Of a stretch of 64,000 nucleotides of DNA, positions 28,290 through 36,411 are shown piece by piece; the first letter of the stretch is position 1; the number at the start of each line of letters is the position of its first letter. Location: NCBI GenBank assembly GCA_018648265.1, contig JABGRN010000014.1, positions 6,436 through 70,435 of the forward strand, written 5' to 3'. Under the pieces are notes generated by a model. It had not been told where the DNA came from. It searched no databases and saw nothing but the letters and a program-made list of their open reading frames with translations. The DNA comes from Prolixibacteraceae bacterium (GTDB lineage Bacteria > Bacteroidota > Bacteroidia > Bacteroidales > Prolixibacteraceae). The position numbers and the translations under genes are program-made.

Positions 28290-29945
28290 ATGCTGATTAA
28301 ATTGACCATTTCAAATTATGCTTTAATAAACGAACTTTCGGTTGAGTTTAGTAAAGGTTTAAATACAGTTACCGGTGAAACGGGAGCAGGAAAATCAATA
28401 ATTCTGGGAGCTTTGGGATTGATTTTGGGCAACCGTGCAGATTTGTCTGTTTTAAAGGAAAAATCAAAAAAATGTATTGTTGAAGGAATTTTTGAAATCG
28501 GCAATTACAATACAGAAGCATACTTTATTGAAAATGACCTGGACTACGAATCGATGACTATTTTCAGGAGAGAAATTACACCCGCCGGGAAATCGAGGGC
28601 TTTTATAAACGATACTCCTGTTAATCTGAAAATAATGCGCGATTTGGGTTTAAAACTTATTGATATCCATTCGCAACATCAGAACCTGGAATTAAGCAAT
28701 CAAAAATTTCAACTTAATTTGGTTGATACTGTTTCGGGTTCACAACGCGTTTTAAACGAATATCAAAAGTTATACGCCGAATATTTATTTTTGCAAAAGT
28801 CGTTTGCAGAGCTGAAACAGAAATCGGAAAAAGCCAAGGCCGATTTAGATTATTTCCAGTTTCAGTTTAACCAACTGGAAGAAGCTAAATTAGAGGGGAA
28901 TGAGCAGTTGGAGTTGGAAAGTGAGTTGGAGAAACTTACACATGCCGAAGAAATTAAAAGCGCGTTGCTTGAAATTCAGCAATTAATGGAAAACGATCAT
29001 TTTTCGGTAATTCAGAATTTAAAAGAAAGCCAAAAAGTAATAAACAAAATCGAAAATTTTATTTCCGATGCTGCGAGTATTGAAAAACGCTTGCAAAGCA
29101 GTTTGTTTGAATTAAGAGATATTCTCGATGAAACAGAAATGCTTGCTGAAAAAGTTGAATACAACCCGGAACGTATTGAGCAGGTTAATAATCGTTTAAA
29201 CCTTTTATATGGTCTGGAACAAAAACATCGGGTTAGCAGCGTTAAAGAATTAATTGATATTAGAAATTATTTTGATGAAAAAATAAATGCTGTTGTTGCT
29301 TACGACAATGAAATTAAAAGTGTTGAATTAGAGTTACAAAAGCATTACAAGATTCTCGAAAGTAAGTCCGGTAAACTGTCGGCAATTAGGATTAAATCAT
29401 TTTCTAAAATTGAAAAATCGGTTGTCTCTGATTTAAAACAACTGGGAATGCCAAAATCAAAGTTTACAGTTGAGCATCAAATATTGCCCGATTTTGGAGC
29501 CAACGGACAGGATACAATTTCATTTCTTTTTAATGCCAACTCTGATACAGATCCGGCGGAAATCTCAAAAATTGCTTCTGGTGGAGAGATGTCGCGTTTA
29601 ATGCTTGCCATTAAAAACCTGTTGCGAAGTTCAAAAGCCCTTCCAACGGTTATTTTTGATGAGATTGACTCGGGTGTTTCAGGTGAGATTGCATTGAAAA
29701 TGGGGAGTATTATCAAGTCGTTTTCGTCAACAACACAAATAATAAATATTACTCATCTTCCGCAAATTGCTGCGCGCGGCGATGCTCATTTTCAGGTGTA
29801 TAAATTTGAGAAGGGAGGGAAAACATTCACTTCAATTCGAAAACTCTCTGATAATGAAAGGGTAGAAGAACTCGCGAAAATGGTTGGCGGCGATAATATT
29901 ACCGAAAATACATTAAAAACCGCACAGGAACTTCTAAATGGGTGA
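28290..29945 (+). CDS. recN: DNA repair protein RecN
   Basis: Walker A GETGAGKSI, a long coiled-coil, the SMC signature SGGEMSRLMLA, and Walker B VIFDEIDSG. Confidence 0.9.
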   Translation: MLIKLTISNYALINELSVEFSKGLNTVTGETGAGKSIILGALGLILGNRADLSVLKEKSKKCIVEGIFEIGNYNTEAYFIENDLDYESMTIFRREITPAGKSRAFINDTPVNLKIMRDLGLKLIDIHSQHQNLELSNQKFQLNLVDTVSGSQRVLNEYQKLYAEYLFLQKSFAELKQKSEKAKADLDYFQFQFNQLEEAKLEGNEQLELESELEKLTHAEEIKSALLEIQQLMENDHFSVIQNLKESQKVINKIENFISDAASIEKRLQSSLFELRDILDETEMLAEKVEYNPERIEQVNNRLNLLYGLEQKHRVSSVKELIDIRNYFDEKINAVVAYDNEIKSVELELQKHYKILESKSGKLSAIRIKSFSKIEKSVVSDLKQLGMPKSKFTVEHQILPDFGANGQDTISFLFNANSDTDPAEISKIASGGEMSRLMLAIKNLLRSSKALPTVIFDEIDSGVSGEIALKMGSIIKSFSSTTQIINITHLPQIAARGDAHFQVYKFEKGGKTFTSIRKLSDNERVEELAKMVGGDNITENTLKTAQELLNG

Positions 29946-30042
29946 TGCGAATTCCGATTCGCATTGTTGGAGTTTTAACTCCAACTCCCGGTTCGATACT
30001 TCCTTTAAGTATCAACGTCATTCCGGCGAAGACCGGAATCTG
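29935..30042. repeat. 108-bp four-hairpin repeat, copy 1 (includes the last codons and stop of recN)
   Basis: Matches 30916-31024 with 2 substitutions and 1 indel. The hairpins are GCGAAT/ATTCGC (29947-29962), TTGGAG/CTCCAA (29967-29984), GATACTT/AAGTATC (29995-30013) and TTCCGG/CCGGAA (30021-30038). Confidence 0.85.
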
Positions 30043-30143
30043 AATCTTTTTAAAAAGATTCCGCATCTTTGTTAATATCGCCCGGATAATTTCTAATATA
30101 TTTTTATTATATATTTGTAAAGCGTAAATATAAAATAAAAATA

Positions 30144-30377
30144 ATGACAACATTCACAAGTACATTACCCGATGAATTGCTTTTGAAATTGAATGAGATG
30201 GCAAAAAAGATGGCTATTCCCAAAAATAAGATTATTGAAAAAGCACTTCATATTTATCTTGACCAATTGGTTCGGGCAGAATACATTAGGTCGTACAAAC
30301 AAGCCAGAGAAGATGAGAATATTTTGGAAATAGCCGAAGAGGGAATGGCGGATTACCTGAAACAATTGGAAGAATGA
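30144..30377 (+). CDS. Type II antitoxin, ribbon-helix-helix (CopG/ParD-like)
   Basis: A 77-aa protein whose N-terminus, TSTLPDELLLKLNEMAKKMAIPKNKIIEKALHIYL, fits an RHH fold. It has an ATGA overlap with the toxin gene. Confidence 0.7.
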   Translation: MTTFTSTLPDELLLKLNEMAKKMAIPKNKIIEKALHIYLDQLVRAEYIRSYKQAREDENILEIAEEGMADYLKQLEE

Positions 30378-30706
30378 AACAATGTGAAATTTGGTATGCC
30401 GATTTGAATCCCGTTCGTGGAAGCGAACAGCAAGGATTCCGGCCTGTAGTTATTATTAGTGGAAATATGTTGAACCAGTATCTCAAAACAGTAATTGCCT
30501 GCCCGTTAACAACCAAAATTAAAGGTTACAAAGGAAATATAATTTTAAAGCCAACAGTTAAAAATGGCTTATTAAAGGATTCAGAGATATTGATTTTTCA
30601 TATTCGATCAATTTCAAAAGAACGACTTATCCGAAAAATTGGGAATATAAGCAAAGTACAACTTGACGAATTAAAACAAGGATTGGATGATATTTTGAGG
30701 TATTAA
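30374..30706 (+). CDS. Type II toxin, MazF/PemK-family endoribonuclease
   Basis: A 110-aa protein, EIWYADLNPVRGSEQQGFRPVVIISGN, which is the typical MazF N-terminal signature. Confidence 0.85.
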   Translation: MKQCEIWYADLNPVRGSEQQGFRPVVIISGNMLNQYLKTVIACPLTTKIKGYKGNIILKPTVKNGLLKDSEILIFHIRSISKERLIRKIGNISKVQLDELKQGLDDILRY

Positions 30707-30915
30707 TTGGAGTCTGTATTTTAATTCAAAAAATGACAAATATCAAATGACAATCTCCAAAATACAAATAAATAACAATTACCGAAATCCCAATTTTGAA
30801 TACTATTTTGAACATTGATATTTGCGATTTATTTGTGAGTTAAATTTTGTGATTTGGTGCTTTATTTCAAAACCTGCCGACTTTGTTGACATTCACAAAT
30901 TATGTTTCATTTGTA

Positions 30916-31024
30916 TAAATGGGTGATGCGAATTCCGATTCGCATTGTTGGAGTTTTAAACTCCAACTCCCGGTTCGATACTTCCTTTAAGTATCAACGT
31001 CATTCCGTCGAAGGCCGGAATCTG
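30916..31024. repeat. Four-hairpin repeat, copy 2
   Basis: See copy 1. This copy even includes the taaatgggtga that in copy 1 encodes the recN C-terminal ..NG-stop. Confidence 0.85.
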
Positions 31025-31041
31025 TAATTTTTATTAATTTC

Positions 31042-32457
31042 TTAGAAAATATCAATATTGTTTAATTCATAAAAAGATTCAGCTTTTCCAATAATTTGTA
31101 AGTTTTTATCAACTATAAAAAGGGTAGGAGTGGCAAAAATATTATAATCGATGGCAACTTTGCTGTCCCATTTTTGAAAGTCTGAAAGGTTGTGCCACGA
31201 TTCTGTTCCAAGTTCAAAAACAATTTTCTTCCAATCCTTTTTATCCGTGTCGAGCGAAATGGCAAAAATTTCAACATTACTGTTTTTAGCTTGTTTTTGC
31301 CACTGTTTAATTTGAGGCAACATTTCTAAACAATGTGGACACCACGAAGCCCAAAACAAGATTAAATTTCGTTCCTTTAAAACATCTGACAGAGTTATTG
31401 GATCCCCGTTAATATCGTTAATTGTGAAATCGGAAACGGTTGTGCCAACCTTCATTTTTTGTGCTTCAAGCTTACGTTCAAGAGTAGTTACTTCATCGGT
31501 TTGGCAAGTTGTGCCCGAATAATTGTCGGCAATGTATGTTATTAAATTATCCAGGTTCAGTTTTTCAAATCCTCGTACAAGGTAATCGAGGATAAATTCA
31601 TATACTTTTTCGTTTTGGTTTGTATTAGTTAAGATTATATCCGAAGCTTTTTTAAACTCCTTTTCCTGTTGTTCCCGGTTCAATCCACGTTGGGCATAAT
31701 TCATTAAATAGTTAAAAATTTTATCAGTGTAAACCGCCGAGTTTATTATTGTTTCATCGGTAAAATCAAGGTTTTTGAAATATCCATCCTTGAAAATTTT
31801 ATTGCGGTTTTGTTTTGTCAGCGTACCATCTAAAAATGGTTCGCGGTACATTTTTATGAGTTTAGAAGCAAACAGATTGGGATTTTCATTAATGGTTTTA
31901 GTTATCAATTTATCCCGTTCCTGTTGAAGATAGTTAAATTGAGTAATGTAGTTTGTAATTGCATTGCCGGAGTTGGATACTCCTGCTCCTTTTTCCCGGA
32001 AATAGTCCAATTCCATCTCCACTTCCTTTTGTTTTTCCTTCAGCTCTTTTTCTTTTTTTATGAAATCAAACCAAAGCTTGTTTTCCACAGATTGAATTAT
32101 CTCTAAACTATCTGCCGGGGCTTTAAAATCGGTTTTAAATATAATGTTCTCGTAGTTGAAAATAAAATCCAATTGTTGTGGAGGTTCGTTCATTATTCTG
32201 GCGTAAGTAGTTTGGCCCAGAATAAGTCGGTACATTCCTTTGGATATGTTGGCAGATAATTGAAATTTGACGATACCATTTAGCGATTGTGTTGTGTCTA
32301 TTGGGTTGAATTTATCTCCTTTAAGCGTGCCAAATAATATCTGGTTTTGGGGTTGATTTTTAATTTCAAGTTGCAGGCTATAGGTTTGTGCGGATGAATT
32401 GAAAATAACACCAACTGAAAACAAAAAAAGAAACGCCCTTAGAAATAAATTTGTCAT
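31042..32457 (-). CDS. TlpA-family thiol:disulfide oxidoreductase with a long N-terminal domain
   Basis: It has a signal peptide and a C-terminal thioredoxin fold with LILFWASWCPHC. Confidence 0.75.
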   Translation of the reverse strand: MTNLFLRAFLFLFSVGVIFNSSAQTYSLQLEIKNQPQNQILFGTLKGDKFNPIDTTQSLNGIVKFQLSANISKGMYRLILGQTTYARIMNEPPQQLDFIFNYENIIFKTDFKAPADSLEIIQSVENKLWFDFIKKEKELKEKQKEVEMELDYFREKGAGVSNSGNAITNYITQFNYLQQERDKLITKTINENPNLFASKLIKMYREPFLDGTLTKQNRNKIFKDGYFKNLDFTDETIINSAVYTDKIFNYLMNYAQRGLNREQQEKEFKKASDIILTNTNQNEKVYEFILDYLVRGFEKLNLDNLITYIADNYSGTTCQTDEVTTLERKLEAQKMKVGTTVSDFTINDINGDPITLSDVLKERNLILFWASWCPHCLEMLPQIKQWQKQAKNSNVEIFAISLDTDKKDWKKIVFELGTESWHNLSDFQKWDSKVAIDYNIFATPTLFIVDKNLQIIGKAESFYELNNIDIF

Positions 32458-32621
32458 TTAAATTATTTTGTTGATTGAGTTTAGCTAAAAAATATAATAA
32501 AAACGTGGTTTTTTAAATTGGGAAGTTGCTTTGTATTCCGTAAACAAATCAGGCAAAAAACAATAATCGGGACAGCTATTATTAATGCAAGAAACCATAT
32601 TGAAGCCAGGAAACGTTTCAT

Positions 32622-32715
32622 AAAGTTTAAGGCAAAACTCAAATATAGAAAGGAATAGTTTAAAGTTCAAGGGTAATTGTTGAAAGTTTAAGGTTTGAAT
32701 GTTCAAAGTTATAAA
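32622..32715. promoter_or_regulatory. Helically phased AAAGTT(T/C)AAGG repeats in the divergent TlpA / sulfatase promoter region
   Basis: Copies begin at 32622, 32662 and 32683, with a degenerate copy at 32705. The spacings are 40, 21 and 22 nt. Confidence 0.35.
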
Positions 32716-32781
32716 AAGGATACTTCTTATAATTTTTGATATCGAATTATAAAACTTACTTTTGAATAAAACTATACCAAT

Positions 32782-34086
32782 ATGAAAGCAAAAATTTTAA
32801 TACTGATAGTTTTTCCAATCCTATTTTCATGTGTTTCAAATAAAGAGAACCCGCCCAATATTATTTTAATAATGGCCGACGACATGGGTTATGGCGATAT
32901 TAGTTGTTTTGGTAGTGAATTTATTCAAACCCCTGTTTTGGACAAAATGGCGTCTGAAGGAATTAAGTTTACAGATTACCATTCAAACGGAGCAGTTTGT
33001 ACACCCACCCGGGCGGCATTGATGACCGGGAATTATCAGCAACGTGCAGGTTTGGAAGGTGTAATTTACGCAGCTCTCGACAAGAGAATGTTTGGGATTC
33101 AAGACTCTGAAAAAACAATAGCCGAGATATTTAAAGATGCTGGTTATTCTACCGGGATTTTTGGGAAATGGCATTTGGGTTACCAACCTGAATATAATCC
33201 GGTACATCATGGTTTCGATGAATTTTATGGTTACGTAAGTGGAAATGTTGATTTTATTTCACACCGCGACGGGGTTGGCTTGTACGACTGGTGGCACAAC
33301 ACCGATACCGCGTATGAAGAAGGTTATGTTACCGATTTAATAACCGATTTTGCCCTTAAATTTATGGAGCGGAACAAGAAAAAACCTTTTTTGCTGTACA
33401 TTCCACACGAAGCTCCGCATTATCCGTATCAGGGAAGAAATGACAAAGCCGATCGCTTGCCCGGAGTGAATTTTCAGGGGCATGGAAGTCGTCCTGATAA
33501 AAAACAAGCATACAAAGAAATGGTTGAAATAATGGATGAAAATATTGGTCGGGTGATGGATAAACTTAAAGATTTGGGAATTGAAAAAAATACTTTCGTC
33601 TTTTTCTGCTCCGATAATGGAGCTACCAATTTGGGAAATAACGGGACTCTAAATGGATTTAAAGGCAGCTTGTGGGAAGGCGGACATCGGGTTCCGGCAA
33701 TTGCATGGTATCCTGAAAAAATTGAAGCCGGGGCAATTACCGAAAGCACCGTTTTAGGAATAGATGTTTTACCAACACTGCTTTCAGTAGCTGGAATTGA
33801 TACAGATAATAAATTTGATGGTAAAGATTTTTCTGAAGTATTATTTTCAGGAAATCAGTTAAACGAGCGACCTTTGTTTTGGAGGTATCGAAATCAGTGG
33901 GTTGTGCGTAGGGGCGATTGGAAATATTTGAAGATAAAAGAAAAGGAATATCTTTTTAATTTGAAAATTGATATTGGAGAACAAAATAATTTAATTGAAA
34001 CTAATTCGGAAAGGGCAAGTGATTTGAAATATTTGCTAGAAAAATGGGAAAATGAAATGGCGGAATATGAATTGAAAACAGAGTAG
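32782..34086 (+). CDS. Sulfatase (arylsulfatase A family)
   Basis: Lipoprotein-like signal ..LFSC, plus DDMGYGD, GAVCTPTRAALMTG and GKWHLG. Confidence 0.85.
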   Translation: MKAKILILIVFPILFSCVSNKENPPNIILIMADDMGYGDISCFGSEFIQTPVLDKMASEGIKFTDYHSNGAVCTPTRAALMTGNYQQRAGLEGVIYAALDKRMFGIQDSEKTIAEIFKDAGYSTGIFGKWHLGYQPEYNPVHHGFDEFYGYVSGNVDFISHRDGVGLYDWWHNTDTAYEEGYVTDLITDFALKFMERNKKKPFLLYIPHEAPHYPYQGRNDKADRLPGVNFQGHGSRPDKKQAYKEMVEIMDENIGRVMDKLKDLGIEKNTFVFFCSDNGATNLGNNGTLNGFKGSLWEGGHRVPAIAWYPEKIEAGAITESTVLGIDVLPTLLSVAGIDTDNKFDGKDFSEVLFSGNQLNERPLFWRYRNQWVVRRGDWKYLKIKEKEYLFNLKIDIGEQNNLIETNSERASDLKYLLEKWENEMAEYELKTE

Positions 34087-34094
34087 GGAAGTAT

Positions 34095-34150
34095 TCAGTT
34101 TCAGTTTTCAGTCTCAGTCTCAGTTTTCAGTCTCAGTCTCAGCTTGCAGT
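34095..34150. repeat. Tandem 19-mer (cagttttcagtctcagtct x2) with flanking cagttt/cagctt words
   Basis: The units at 34101-34119 and 34120-34138 are identical. Confidence 0.8.
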
Positions 34151-34216
34151 TAAAGTATTTAAACCAGGTAAATTAATATAACGACAAAAAAATGACCGGT
34201 GACAAAAACTAATATC

Positions 34217-35590
34217 ATGAAAAATCGACTATTATTTATTATTCTGGCCATTTTCGGTCTTACATCTTGTAGCAATTCAGGAAATCAGGAAGAAAAAAAA
34301 CAGCAAGCTAATTTTATAGTATTTATTGCCGACGATGCAGCTTGGAACGATTGCGGCCCCTATGGAAACAATGTAATTAAAACGCCAAATATCAACAAAC
34401 TGGCTGAAGAGGGGGTTGTCTTCGACAATGCATTTTTAACTACCAGTTCATGTAGCCCAAGTCGTTGCAGTATTTTAACTGGCCGTTATCCGCATAGTAC
34501 CGGTGCTCAGGAGTTGCACATGCCACTTCCCGCAGAACAAGTTCTTTTTGCCGGTGAATTGCAAAAAGCGGGTTATTATACTGCCGTTGCCGGAAAATAT
34601 CACATTGGAGATCTCCGGGCTGAGTTCGACAGCATTTATGGAGGTAGTGTCAGTGGATGCGAAAATTGGGTTCGTGCGATACAAAACCGCCCGAAAGAAA
34701 AACCATTTTTTTTATGGTTGGCAGCAAAAGATCCTCATCGTAATTACAAACCCAATGCTATTCCAGAACCGCATAAACCGGAGAATGTAATTGTTCCACC
34801 ATTTTTGCCGGATGCCGATTCAACGCGAAAAGACATTGCATTATATTACGACGAAATTTCACGGCTCGACAGTTATCTTGGACAAGTGATGCAGGTGGTA
34901 AAAGATCAGGGTGTTGATGAAAATACCCTTGTAATTTATATGACCGATAATGGAAGACCGTTTCCCCGGAGCAAAACCCGTATGTACGACAGTGGCATAA
35001 AAACTCCTTTTATTGTTCGCTGGCCATTAAAAATTAAAAAAGGAAGAACCAATGCCTTGGTGAGTTCAATCGATATCGCCCCAACTTTTTGCGAATTGGC
35101 AGGAGCTGAAATATCTAAAACATTTCAGGGTGTTTCTTTCGTGTCTGTTTTGGAAGATTATTCAATTAACACAAGAGATTATATTGTTGGCGAACACAAC
35201 TGGCACGATTTTCAGGCACACGAACGCGCCATAAGAAATCATAAATACCTGTACATCCGGAATGCTTTCCCTGAATTTAACGCTTCGCCGCCAGCAGATG
35301 CAGTGCGCAGTTTAACATATCAGGAAATGATTAAAATGCAGGAGGCAGGGGAATTAAACGAAAATCAATTGGATTGTTTTATTGAACCCAGGGTAGCCGA
35401 AGAACTTTACGATGTAATTAATGATCCGTATCAATTTAATAATTTAGCAGAAAATCTTGAATTCAAAGAATCTTTAAATGAAATGAGAAACTTGTTGGAT
35501 AATTGGATTGTTGAATTTGAAGATAAAATACCTGAAAATCCAACACCCGATAAATTTGACAGGTGGAGTGGTAGAGATTTGAGGAATTAA
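34217..35590 (+). CDS. Sulfatase
   Basis: The track start at 34199 is GTG, and the ATG at 34217 gives MKNRLLFIILAIFGLTSC. Supporting motifs are ADDAAWND and SSCSPSRCSILTG (CxPxR). Confidence 0.85.
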   Translation: MKNRLLFIILAIFGLTSCSNSGNQEEKKQQANFIVFIADDAAWNDCGPYGNNVIKTPNINKLAEEGVVFDNAFLTTSSCSPSRCSILTGRYPHSTGAQELHMPLPAEQVLFAGELQKAGYYTAVAGKYHIGDLRAEFDSIYGGSVSGCENWVRAIQNRPKEKPFFLWLAAKDPHRNYKPNAIPEPHKPENVIVPPFLPDADSTRKDIALYYDEISRLDSYLGQVMQVVKDQGVDENTLVIYMTDNGRPFPRSKTRMYDSGIKTPFIVRWPLKIKKGRTNALVSSIDIAPTFCELAGAEISKTFQGVSFVSVLEDYSINTRDYIVGEHNWHDFQAHERAIRNHKYLYIRNAFPEFNASPPADAVRSLTYQEMIKMQEAGELNENQLDCFIEPRVAEELYDVINDPYQFNNLAENLEFKESLNEMRNLLDNWIVEFEDKIPENPTPDKFDRWSGRDLRN

Positions 35591-35708
35591 TTTTCTGCAA
35601 AAATAAACGCTGCCCGAAAAGTCAAAATGGCCGTCATTCCAAGAGTTCACCTAATTTTATTAGGTACAATGAGATATTGACAGAAATACCAAAATAAAAT
35701 TTAACAAA

Positions 35709-36401
35709 TCAGTTTAAAGAATTAAATTTATACCCAACTCCTCTAACGCTAATAATGTATTTTGGGTCTGAAGGATTTTCTTCCAATTTTTTTCTGAGGT
35801 CGAGAATAAAATTATCTACAGTTCGCGTTGTTGGCATGGCTTCAAAACCCCAAACTTCGTTTAATAAATCGTGCCGGTGAACCGCTTTACCATCATGTAA
35901 AATTAAATATTCCATGATATCAAATTCTTTATTGGAGAGTTTAACCTCTCGATTTTGATAAAAAGCCTGAAGATTTTTAAAATCAAGTTTGACCTTACCA
36001 TAGGAAAAGCTGGTTAATGGTCCGGGTTCTTTGTTAATCCTGCGGAAAGCCGCTCTTATTCTGGCTAAAAGTTCGGGAAGGCTAAATGGTTTGGTTATAT
36101 AATCATCGGCACCGATATCCAATCCCGCCACTTTATCCATTTCCGATCCTCGGGCTGTAAGCATAATTACCGGTAAATCAGGTTTATCTTTTTTAATTTT
36201 ACGGCAAATCTCATAACCATTAATTCCGGGCAGCATTATATCTAATAACACCAGGTCAATCTCATTTTTCAAAGCCGTTTTTAATCCTTCTATTCCATTT
36301 GTTGCTGTGATAATGCTGTACTCTTCAAGTATTAAATTTTCTTCAAGCCCCAATAAAATATTAAGGTCGTCTTCAATTACTAAAATGACTTTTTTCTTCA
36401 T
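35709..36401 (-). CDS. OmpR/PhoB-family response regulator (module D, subfamily I)
   Basis: Receiver domain with LLDIMLPGINGYE and a C-terminal winged helix ...TRTVDNFILDLRKKLEENPSDPKYIISVRGVGYKF. Confidence 0.9.
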   Translation of the reverse strand: MKKKVILVIEDDLNILLGLEENLILEEYSIITATNGIEGLKTALKNEIDLVLLDIMLPGINGYEICRKIKKDKPDLPVIMLTARGSEMDKVAGLDIGADDYITKPFSLPELLARIRAAFRRINKEPGPLTSFSYGKVKLDFKNLQAFYQNREVKLSNKEFDIMEYLILHDGKAVHRHDLLNEVWGFEAMPTTRTVDNFILDLRKKLEENPSDPKYIISVRGVGYKFNSLN

Positions 36402-36411
36402 AATTAAGTGA

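Noticed and set aside
32485-32706. A 73-aa minus-strand ORF in the TlpA/sulfatase divergent spacer
   Set aside because: It has a low-complexity sequence and coincides with the phased AAAGTTyAAGG repeats and the promoter region. There are no motifs, and it more likely reflects the reading of repeats.
34095-34150. Possible CRISPR array (tandem repeats)
   Set aside because: The units are 19 nt and directly abutting, with no spacers. No cas genes are in the window. I found no CRISPR-like repeat-spacer structure anywhere in the 64 kb.
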